A program made the position numbers and the translations under genes. From assembly GCA_028279805.1 (NCBI GenBank), contig JANQMZ010000007.1, forward strand, positions 270,001 through 302,000: a stretch of DNA of 32,000 nucleotides. Direction: 5' to 3'. Source of the stretch: an archaeon. Lineage in GTDB: Archaea > Iainarchaeota > Iainarchaeia > Iainarchaeales > JANQMZ01. This document shows, piece after piece, positions 24,619 to 32,000 of this stretch (position 1 is the stretch's first letter; every line of letters starts with the position of its first letter). Under the pieces are notes generated by a model. That model had not been told where the DNA came from, made no database searches, and worked only from the letters and a program-made list of their open reading frames with translations.

Positions 24619-27600
24619 TCAGACCTGTATTGCTTTGATTCTTTCCCTTCTTTTGACAATAATATAATTAACAAGAAGCATTAAAGCTATTTCAAAAATT
24701 CCGACAACAATTGCAATAAAAGTATTTCCCATAAACCTGCTCACAATCATCGGAATTACAACCAAAATTAATGCAAATAAAATTCTCAACAGTTTTCTTT
24801 TTCTTTCAGTGGTTGTGGAAACAATTTCTTTTCCGAACCAATTCCTGCTTAACCTGTAAGCAATGAAAGCAAGAACCAATTCAATTATTATTAAAAACAA
24901 AAACAATTGAATTTCATCTAAAGCTGTCTCCCCAAATAACACTTTTGCAATTTCAATTACACTGCCCTGGAAAAATTCAAACACATTTACAACAATAAAT
25001 TTGTCTTCCGCGGTCAGATCACCACGAGTGGCTTTAACATTATAAACACCTAATTCATCAACAATAAATGAAACCTGCCCGTCTTCTTTGGTAAAAAACA
25101 GTTTAAATTTGCCTGAAGGGAAATCTGTTTTAACGGAAGAACCAACAACAGGCTTGCCGTCCTGGCTTTCAACCGTTACAATCTGCCTGGCGTTGAGCCA
25201 GGTTGTTTCAAACTGTACTTTAATGAAAATTTCCGAAACAATGGCTCCGCTTCCGCCACCACCTCCTCCGCCGCCTCCGGCTCCCCCGCCTCCGGCGCCA
25301 CCAGAACCAGGCGGGCCTGCATTGGAATCTGATTCTCCTATTGTAATGGTTTCTGAAAGCTGATTATTTGTTTCATCAGATTCTTCAATTATGTCAGAGG
25401 AGTCAACAATAAAATAATAAGTAAATGTTCCGTCACCGGGCAAATCTGTTGCAACAACATTTCTTTCCTCATCAGGTTCAAGTGAAAATGTTTCAGATTT
25501 AATCAAAGGACCTGTTGTTGAATCTCTTCTTATTTGTGTTGTAAAAGAACCTGAATCAAAAGAACTGTCATTAAAAACAACACCTAAAAGGTTTACAATT
25601 GAACCTGCCGGTGCAGCTGTAAAAGAATTTGCAATCAAATCTTTTGGTTCAGTGCACTGAACAGAACAACAATAATCCGTATTGCTTGCATCAAGCCAGC
25701 TTCCTGAACATTCTTTAGGCGGCTCACATATAAAGCCTCCTGCGTTTGAACAGGTTGGAGTTGGTGGTCCGCCTCCACCGCCACCACCTTCATCAGGACC
25801 AAAAGTAAAAGTGATTGAGCCTGTTGCAATGTTGTTTGCGGCATCATTTGTATCAATTCTCAAAGTGTTGCTTCCGTTTCCAATTTTGCTTTCAGTATAA
25901 GAGCAACGATAATGGTTTCCGTTATCAGTACAGGAACCCGGAAAAGAAAAACTTGTACTTGCAACAGTGTTAATTGTAACATTTGCATCATTGATTCCGG
26001 AATTTGAATCGTTTAAATCAAAAATAACTGTTTTGGATGAAAGATTGCTTGAACCGTTTGTAGGAGAAACAAATGTTATCAAAGGAACATTAGCATCAAT
26101 CATAAAGCTTGGATTGCTTGATTCGCTTCCCGACAAAAGAGTTGCATCAAAAACATTAATGTCAATAAAATAGTTTCCGTCCGTTACTCCCCTGTAACCC
26201 CATGTATAATTGCATGCAAATGTGTTGTCACCGGATGCTTTTGTACATGACAAATTTGAATCGGTTGGCGTTGTTAAATTGTCATTTGTTACAATGTTTG
26301 TGGTAAAAGCACCTGAATTGAATTCGCTGGAATAAGCTATGCGCACATTCAAATCTTCATTGTCAGGGTCGGATGCATTAAAATCAATTGTAAAAGTGTT
26401 GTTTCTGCCGTTCAGAAGCTGTCCTTCAGGGGCAAAAACGTTTACATCCGGCCTTAAGCTTCCCACTGTTGTTTTGGCATAATATAAGCGTCCGGATGTT
26501 CCTGCATTTGAATCATGATAAATTATGTCAAGCCTGTTGAAACTGTTAAGCCTTTTCATTGTAGTGTAGGGAACACCTGCACTTGCAAGGTTGTCATCAA
26601 CTGAAACAAAATTTGTCCAGTGATTGTTTGCATCATGCCTTTTTCTGTACCCAGGGTATTGTAATGAGGCGGAGCATGTTGATGTTGCACACCTGCCCAT
26701 AACCGCAAAATCATCACCATTTAAATCTGTTAACAAGCCATCACGGTAAATGTTAAACATTGTTTGCGGGTTTCTTGACTCGCTTGTAAAAATGTTTGCA
26801 TCAATGGACCAGTTTGAAGCATTAGAACAGCTTAAACCATCATCACACTGGACAAAAATAGTGTTAAAATCTGCTACGGGGTCTCTGAAAGTTCCTCTTA
26901 TTTCACCTGTTTTGCCGATTGTTACTCCGATTTGTCCATAAATTGTTGAGGGAACATCAAAACTTGTATCGCCCTGATAAGAATAATTTCCGCTTGCATC
27001 ATAAACAGTATAATTAATGTCCGAAACTGTTACACTTGGAAGAATAACAAGTGTTGTTCTTTTGTTTCGCATTATGTGCAAATCCTGATTGATGTCAAAA
27101 GCAAAACTTGGATCACCATGATTAAAATTTGAATCAATCTGCACAGAATACCAGTTGCCTGCAACACCACAGTTTAAATCCAGGTCACATGCAACAAGCC
27201 TTGCAAAATTATTAACTTGTGTGGATAAAAGAGGTCCTGTGAATTGATGAACAATTGTTACAACTGCATTATCCGAATTAACATCAAAACCTGCATCGGT
27301 TCTGACAGAAGTTCCCTGAATACTGTAAGCATTTATCGGGGCTGTCCAGCTTGTTGAATCAAAAATGTTTGAATCAGTTGAAGCTTCCCTGTAAAGTAAG
27401 TTTCCATCACCTGTTCTGTGGCTTAAAGCCATGAAAACAAAAATTTTGCTAAAAGTATCATCCGTTCCAATTTTAACGGAATCCAGAGGCAAAGCCGTTG
27501 TGTTTAAATCAAAACCGGCAGGAGTCCACGAATTTCCATTATCACCTGAAATGTAAAGTTTTACCGTGTTATTGTCATTTCCTTTTGCTACAACTGCAAG

Positions 27601-27750
27601 ATTCTGGTCAGACCATCTTACAATTGAACCTGGTCCAACCGGTGCTGTTGCAAGATTGGATTCAGAATCAATTAAAACAGCTGCAGAAGCAAATGCGGAA
27701 AAAAGAGTGAAAAAAATGAAAATTATGGCTATAATTATGTTTTTGTTCAT
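24619..27750 (-). CDS. Large (1043 aa) cell-surface protein with signal peptide, Asp-box, Ig-like/CARDB-like modules, two poly-Gly linkers and a three-helix C-terminal membrane anchor
   Basis: Signal peptide MNKNIIIAIIFIFFTLFSAFASA. Asp-box SGDNGNSW. Cys knot CSNAGGFICEPPKECSGSWLDASNTDYCCSVQC. CARDB-like ending EESDETNN. About 17 N-x-S/T sequons by manual count. Three hydrophobic helices lie in the last 120 aa. Confidence 0.8.
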   Translation of the reverse strand: MNKNIIIAIIFIFFTLFSAFASAAVLIDSESNLATAPVGPGSIVRWSDQNLAVVAKGNDNNTVKLYISGDNGNSWTPAGFDLNTTALPLDSVKIGTDDTFSKIFVFMALSHRTGDGNLLYREASTDSNIFDSTSWTAPINAYSIQGTSVRTDAGFDVNSDNAVVTIVHQFTGPLLSTQVNNFARLVACDLDLNCGVAGNWYSVQIDSNFNHGDPSFAFDINQDLHIMRNKRTTLVILPSVTVSDINYTVYDASGNYSYQGDTSFDVPSTIYGQIGVTIGKTGEIRGTFRDPVADFNTIFVQCDDGLSCSNASNWSIDANIFTSESRNPQTMFNIYRDGLLTDLNGDDFAVMGRCATSTCSASLQYPGYRKRHDANNHWTNFVSVDDNLASAGVPYTTMKRLNSFNRLDIIYHDSNAGTSGRLYYAKTTVGSLRPDVNVFAPEGQLLNGRNNTFTIDFNASDPDNEDLNVRIAYSSEFNSGAFTTNIVTNDNLTTPTDSNLSCTKASGDNTFACNYTWGYRGVTDGNYFIDINVFDATLLSGSESSNPSFMIDANVPLITFVSPTNGSSNLSSKTVIFDLNDSNSGINDANVTINTVASTSFSFPGSCTDNGNHYRCSYTESKIGNGSNTLRIDTNDAANNIATGSITFTFGPDEGGGGGGGPPTPTCSNAGGFICEPPKECSGSWLDASNTDYCCSVQCTEPKDLIANSFTAAPAGSIVNLLGVVFNDSSFDSGSFTTQIRRDSTTGPLIKSETFSLEPDEERNVVATDLPGDGTFTYYFIVDSSDIIEESDETNNQLSETITIGESDSNAGPPGSGGAGGGGAGGGGGGGGGSGAIVSEIFIKVQFETTWLNARQIVTVESQDGKPVVGSSVKTDFPSGKFKLFFTKEDGQVSFIVDELGVYNVKATRGDLTAEDKFIVVNVFEFFQGSVIEIAKVLFGETALDEIQLFLFLIIIELVLAFIAYRLSRNWFGKEIVSTTTERKRKLLRILFALILVVIPMIVSRFMGNTFIAIVVGIFEIALMLLVNYIIVKRRERIKAIQV
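25243..25317 (-). repeat. G+C-rich imperfect (GGN)n tract encoding GPPGSGGAGGGGAGGGGGGGGGSGA
   Basis: The plus strand reads ggctccgcttccgccaccacctcctccgccgcctccggctcccccgcctccggcgccaccagaaccaggcgggcc. This contrasts sharply with the AT-rich flanks. Confidence 0.9.
25762..25788 (-). repeat. Second short Gly7-Pro2 linker tract
   Basis: Encodes GGGGGGGPP in the sequence DEGGGGGGGPPTPTC, immediately before the Cys-rich module. Confidence 0.9.
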
Positions 27751-27847
27751 TTTCTCCCCAAAGTTTGTTTTGTTAGAAAAAGGGGTTTATAGCTTAAAAG
27801 AATTATGTTTTGGTTAAAAATGGCTTATTTTAAAGCTGTTTAAAAAG

Positions 27848-29773
27848 CTAAAAACTGGTTAAATTTTTGTTTTTTGAAAAAATTTCTTTTTTTATTGTTT
27901 TAACAAAATTTTCAATTTTAACAGGTTTTGAAAGTTTTCCGTTCCTGTTGCGTATTGTAACTGTGTTTGATTTTTCTTCTTTGTCTCCGACTGTTAACAT
28001 GTAAGGAATTTTTTGCAGTTGTGCGTCACGAACTTTTTTTCCGATTGATTCAGAACGCAAATCCAAATCAGCACGAATTCCTTCATTTAACAATTGTTGT
28101 TTTGCTTTTTTTGCAAATTTTTCATTACGCGAATTAACATTTAAAATAATTGCTTGGATCGGAGCCAACCACGTTGGAAATGCTCCTGCATAATGTTCTG
28201 TTAAAATTCCAATAAATCTTTCTAAACTGCCGAATATGGCCCGATGAATCATTACAGGAACATGTTTTTTGTCATCCTCTCCGATGTAGTATGCACCCAA
28301 TTTTTCAGGCATTGACATGTCAACCTGAATTGTTGATAACTGCCATGGCCTGCCCAAAGAATCAATTACATGAAAATCAATTTTTGGGCCATAAAATGCT
28401 CCGTCCCCTTCATTTATTTTATAATCAAGTTTTGATTTTTTTAAAGCGTTTTCCAAAGCTTTTGTGGAAATGTTCCAGATTTTTTCAGAGCCCATTGCTT
28501 TTTCCGGTTTTGTGCTTAACTCAACTGTGTATTTTTCAAATCCGACTGCTTTGAAAATAAAATCAACCAATTCAATTAAATCTAATACCTCTGATTCAAT
28601 TTGTTCTGGTGTGCAAAAAATATGGGCGTCGTCCTGGGTAAATTTTCTGACACGAAAAGTTCCGTGTAATACTCCTGAACGTTCATGCCTGTGCACCAGG
28701 CCAAGCTCAGCAATTCTTAAAGGCAATTCCCTGTAAGAACGTCTTTTTGTGTTGTAATATAAAACGCATCCGGGGCAGTTCATTGGCTTGACTGCAAATT
28801 CTTCTTCATCCAGTTTGGTAAAATACATGTTTTCTTTATAATGATCCCAGTGGCCTGATTTAACCCATAATTCTTTGTTTAAAATTAAAGGTGTTCTGAT
28901 AAACTTGTAATCTCTTTTCAGTAATTCATCCACAATAAATCTTTGCAGTGATTCCCATAAACCAAAACCGTTCGGATGAATAAAAGGGAAGCCCGGAGCC
29001 TCTTTTTGAACTGAAAACAAGTCTAATTCTTTTCCCAGTTTTACATGGTCTCGTTTTTTTGCTTCTTCAATTTGGGTTAAATAATTTTGTAATTGTTTTT
29101 TTTCAGGAAAAGATATTCCGTAAATTCTTTGAAGCATTTTGTTTTTTTCATTTCCCCGCCAATAAGCTCCAGCAGTTTTTAATAATTTTAAAGCTTTAAT
29201 TCTTCCGGTACTCGGAACATGAGGGCCAGCACATAAATCTGTGAATTTTCCGTCAGAATAAATTGTTATTTTTTCTTTATCGGGCAATTCTTTAATTAAT
29301 TCAACTTTGTATTTGTTGTCTTTGAACATTTTTAATGCTTCTTTTTTGGTTAATTCTTTTCTTGAAAATTTTTCATCTTTTTTAATCAATTCAAGCATTT
29401 TTTTTTCAAATTTTTTTAAATCTTCAGGCGTAAAAGGTTTTGAAACGTCAAAATCGTAATAAAATCCGTCTTTAATGCTTGGCCCAATTGCAAGTTTTGC
29501 TTTTGGATAAAAAGATAGAACAGCTTCTGCTAAGACATGCGATGTGGAATGCCTTAAAACTTCTAATGCCTCAGTATCATTGTCTTTTAATAATTTTATT
29601 TTGCCGCTTTTTTCTATCGGCGTTAATAAATCCATTAGTTTGCCATCCAATTGCATTGCAACAACAGCTTTTGCCAATCCTTCGCTTATGGATTTGGCTA
29701 TTTCCATTCCTGTTGTTCCGTTTGAAAATTGTTTTTTTGACTTGTCAGGAAACTCTATTGTTATTTGGCTCAT
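27848..29773 (-). CDS. thrS: Threonyl-tRNA synthetase with TGS and bacterial-type editing domain
   Basis: Editing motifs LRHSTSHVLAEA (HxxxH) and DLCAGPH. Class II core: HRHERSG, FTQDDAHIF and HRAIFGSLERFIGIL. A C-terminal anticodon-binding domain is present. Confidence 0.95.
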   Translation of the reverse strand: MSQITIEFPDKSKKQFSNGTTGMEIAKSISEGLAKAVVAMQLDGKLMDLLTPIEKSGKIKLLKDNDTEALEVLRHSTSHVLAEAVLSFYPKAKLAIGPSIKDGFYYDFDVSKPFTPEDLKKFEKKMLELIKKDEKFSRKELTKKEALKMFKDNKYKVELIKELPDKEKITIYSDGKFTDLCAGPHVPSTGRIKALKLLKTAGAYWRGNEKNKMLQRIYGISFPEKKQLQNYLTQIEEAKKRDHVKLGKELDLFSVQKEAPGFPFIHPNGFGLWESLQRFIVDELLKRDYKFIRTPLILNKELWVKSGHWDHYKENMYFTKLDEEEFAVKPMNCPGCVLYYNTKRRSYRELPLRIAELGLVHRHERSGVLHGTFRVRKFTQDDAHIFCTPEQIESEVLDLIELVDFIFKAVGFEKYTVELSTKPEKAMGSEKIWNISTKALENALKKSKLDYKINEGDGAFYGPKIDFHVIDSLGRPWQLSTIQVDMSMPEKLGAYYIGEDDKKHVPVMIHRAIFGSLERFIGILTEHYAGAFPTWLAPIQAIILNVNSRNEKFAKKAKQQLLNEGIRADLDLRSESIGKKVRDAQLQKIPYMLTVGDKEEKSNTVTIRNRNGKLSKPVKIENFVKTIKKEIFSKNKNLTSF

Positions 29774-29858
29774 ATTCTAAACACAACGCAATAAATACTT
29801 AAAAAACATTGCAAAAACTTAAATTTGAGCTTTTTTATAATATTTAAAGTGGATTTAA

Positions 29859-30362
29859 ATGGATGCAGTCAGAGAAGAAATTGTGTGGAACGCATTTTTG
29901 AAAAAAGGCAGGTTTCCTGAAACACAGGAAGAAATTCTGGTTGTTTTTAAAAACATTTTACAGGGATTTGAAGGAAACAACAGGCTAATTCAAAACCATG
30001 ATGAAATGGATATTGTTGCAAGAGTACTTGAATCGGAATTAAAAAAATATGAAGAACAACAGGCTTTAAGAGATGACAAATTCAAAAAAGTTGTTCATGA
30101 ATCAATTGTGGAAGACATCAGAAGAATAACAAATCTTGTGAGTAAAAGTTTAACAAAAAAACCGGAACTTTTAAGCGCTTTCAAGCCCCATAAAACGGCA
30201 AAAAGATGGGTTGATGCCACTCACGGGACAGAAATTGTAGCAGGAAAAAAAGTTTTGGAAATTATTGGAAGAAAATGGGTGCCACTGCTTTTTGAAGTAA
30301 AACACGGAATAAAAACAGAAAAAAGCGAGAGAAGAACAAGAGTAAGGCATATGAGAAAATAA
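29859..30362 (+). CDS. Uncharacterised 167-aa protein with basic C-terminal tail
   Basis: Clean ORF with TTTTATAA about 20 nt upstream of the ATG. Ends KTEKSERRTRVRHMRK. No family was recognised. Confidence 0.55.
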   Translation: MDAVREEIVWNAFLKKGRFPETQEEILVVFKNILQGFEGNNRLIQNHDEMDIVARVLESELKKYEEQQALRDDKFKKVVHESIVEDIRRITNLVSKSLTKKPELLSAFKPHKTAKRWVDATHGTEIVAGKKVLEIIGRKWVPLLFEVKHGIKTEKSERRTRVRHMRK

Positions 30363-30419
30363 TTTCTGCGGAAATCCACTCACAAAAGCTTATTACCCTG
30401 AAAAGATTATTGTAATCGG

Positions 30420-31601
30420 ATGGCTATTCCGGAAGAACTGAAAAAAAATTATTACAGGACAATTGCTGTTAAAAGAATTAAAAACAAAGAATTTGTTGGT
30501 TCCAGCCCGCCAAGTGTTTTTGTTTCACATTACGGTTATCCAAAAGTGGAAATCAGCCCTGTTTCTCCCACTGAACTGATTCACAATGCAGGAATTTATG
30601 ATACGCCTGAAGAATGGTTTGGCGTGCCGGAAGAAAAAATTTTAACAATGAGACATTCACTTGTTCACGCTGTTAAAAAAATTCAGATAAGTGAAGCAAA
30701 AAATCCTTCATATGAATTAACATCATTGCAGGAAATTGCAATGAGCAAAAACGCTGTTGATGTTGATGTAAAATTATTAAAAAATCCGACACCTGAAATC
30801 AGGTTTTCAGATGTACTGGCTCCAATCGGGCCGAAAGCTTTGCTGAAAAAATTTCAATTTGAAAAAAATCCAAAAATTTCAAAAAAAGTTGACTACATTT
30901 CGTCTGATACTGATTTGAAATCTTCCAATGCAATGCTTGAATTATATGATTCAGGCTTAAATGTTTCAAATATTTATAAAATTTTGTCAACCGGTGCTTT
31001 GGGAATTAAAAAAAACAGAAAACTTGTTCCGACAAGATGGTCAATTACAGCAACGGATGATACGTTAAGCAAAAATTTGGTTAATGAAAAAATAAAATTT
31101 TATTCACAAATAGATGAAATTCAGTTGTTTCAGAGTAATTATCTGGATAACAGGTTTTTTGTCATACTTTTTCCGGATGCATGGCAGTATGAAATGCTGG
31201 AATGCTGGCTTGCTTTTGATGCTGTTGACAAATCAAAACCGCCAAAAATAATTCAGGATTTTGAAGGTTATGGAGGCAGAAAAAATTATGCTTCAAATAT
31301 TACTGGAGCATATTATTCTGCAAGGCTCGGAGTAGCCGAATATCTGGAAGAACAAAAAAAACAGGCGGCTGTGCTTGTTTTGAGGGAAATTGGTTCTGAT
31401 TATAAAGTGCCGATGGGCGTCTGGCAAATCAGGGAAAATGTCAGGAATGCAATGCAGGAAAAACCAATGACTTTTTTTGACTCAAAATTGTTATGGAAAT
31501 TTTTATCACAAAAACTTGAAGTGAACATAAAGTATTATAAAAAACTTTCAAAAGTTGTTGATTCAATTGTAAATCAAAAAAAATTATCAGACTGGAATTA
31601 A
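30420..31601 (+). CDS. nreA: Nre-family archaeal DNA repair protein (DUF650/DUF651)
   Basis: N-terminal FVGSSPPSVFVSHYGYPKV signature and VPTRWSITA. The C-terminus QKKLSDWN fits a PCNA-interacting Qxx[LIM]xx[FWY] box. Confidence 0.7.
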   Translation: MAIPEELKKNYYRTIAVKRIKNKEFVGSSPPSVFVSHYGYPKVEISPVSPTELIHNAGIYDTPEEWFGVPEEKILTMRHSLVHAVKKIQISEAKNPSYELTSLQEIAMSKNAVDVDVKLLKNPTPEIRFSDVLAPIGPKALLKKFQFEKNPKISKKVDYISSDTDLKSSNAMLELYDSGLNVSNIYKILSTGALGIKKNRKLVPTRWSITATDDTLSKNLVNEKIKFYSQIDEIQLFQSNYLDNRFFVILFPDAWQYEMLECWLAFDAVDKSKPPKIIQDFEGYGGRKNYASNITGAYYSARLGVAEYLEEQKKQAAVLVLREIGSDYKVPMGVWQIRENVRNAMQEKPMTFFDSKLLWKFLSQKLEVNIKYYKKLSKVVDSIVNQKKLSDWN

Positions 31602-32000
31602 TTATTTCATAAATTGTGCCAGCAAAGCTTCAAGCTGAACTCTTTCATTTGCGCCCTCAACCAATCTGAAATTGTATTCTGCAACTGTGTCAATTAATTC
31701 AATTTTTTTCTTATTATTCAAAACTTTTTCATCAAAATCAAGCAACTCACGATATAACTGAATTAACACATCTTCGCCGCCCATTCCATATTCGTACATT
31801 AGTTTGTCTAACAGGTTTCGGGCTTCAATAAACTTTGATTTTAAAGCAAGAGAAATCATTTCCTTTATTTCTTCAGGGCGGGCCTGAGAAGAAACACTGT
31901 AAACATTTTTTTCCGAGATTTTCTGGGAAACAAAAGCAGAGCCCTGTAAAATGTTTATTGCTTTTCTCAAATCTCCCTGTGCAACATAAATAATTGCATC
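31602..32000 (-). CDS. rfcS: Replication factor C small subunit, C-terminal part (gene continues past the window end)
   Basis: The frame is open to nt 32000. Upstream of the track start it reads DAIIYVAQGDLRKAINILQ, the conserved GD(L/M)RKAIN motif, followed by the helical C-terminal collar domain. Confidence 0.85.
   Translation of the reverse strand, partial: DAIIYVAQGDLRKAINILQGSAFVSQKISEKNVYSVSSQARPEEIKEMISLALKSKFIEARNLLDKLMYEYGMGGEDVLIQLYRELLDFDEKVLNNKKKIELIDTVAEYNFRLVEGANERVQLEALLAQFMK

Noticed and set aside
25088-25900. Plus-strand ORFs with poly-Pro runs (25088-25363, 25682-25900)
   Set aside because: They are the reverse-complement reading of the (GGN)n Gly-linker tracts of the large surface protein gene and have no independent support.
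1-32000. Scan for tRNA, rRNA, CRISPR repeats, IS elements, riboswitch-like G+C-rich structured islands and alternative genetic code
   Set aside because: The intergenic regions are short and AT-rich with no cloverleaf-sized G+C-rich segment. I saw no regularly spaced repeats and no transposase-like ORF. All recognisable genes read through cleanly with the standard code. This was a visual scan only and should be confirmed with tRNAscan-SE, Infernal and a CRISPR finder.

Overview
AT-rich window (about one-third G+C by eye) with very tight gene packing: many genes are 0-15 nt apart or overlap by 4-8 nt. It reads as a small-genome archaeon, probably DPANN-like. Archaeal markers (RFC small subunit, Nre repair protein, diphthine synthase, Trm5, DUF63) sit beside bacterial-looking housekeeping genes (ScpA/ScpB, zinc-lid adenylate kinase, ThrRS with a bacterial-type editing domain). 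Recognisable content in order: membrane pyrophosphatase (5' partial); an untracked CxxC zinc-ribbon ORF; a tdh-kbl threonine-degradation pair; scpB; a redox cluster (ferredoxin, FNR-like flavoprotein, two DUF1858 paralogues with one fused to IscA, PduO-type cobalamin adenosyltransferase); nth; an ArsR-HTH/DUF4430-like fusion; an AbrB-PhoU regulator; a MATE exporter; scpA; a KaiC-like ATPase; a coupled adk / P-loop kinase / APH-fold kinase / ahcY run; trm5; DUF63; dphB; a 1043-aa surface protein; thrS; nre; rfcS (3' partial). I recognised no rRNA, tRNA, CRISPR array, transposase or integrase. The most unusual content is a set of unassignable small helical proteins with Arg/Lys-rich N-tails: three clear tandem paralogues behind nth (8386-9784) and four more in two convergent pairs (12317-13931). 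Three of the seven share a C-terminal R-[RK]-x-P ending. Also notable are a secreted legumain-like peptidase with CGNG..GE.CD cysteine repeats coupled to a lipobox protein, and the HTH-DUF4430 fusion. All family calls come from motif recognition by eye. No database search or statistics were run.
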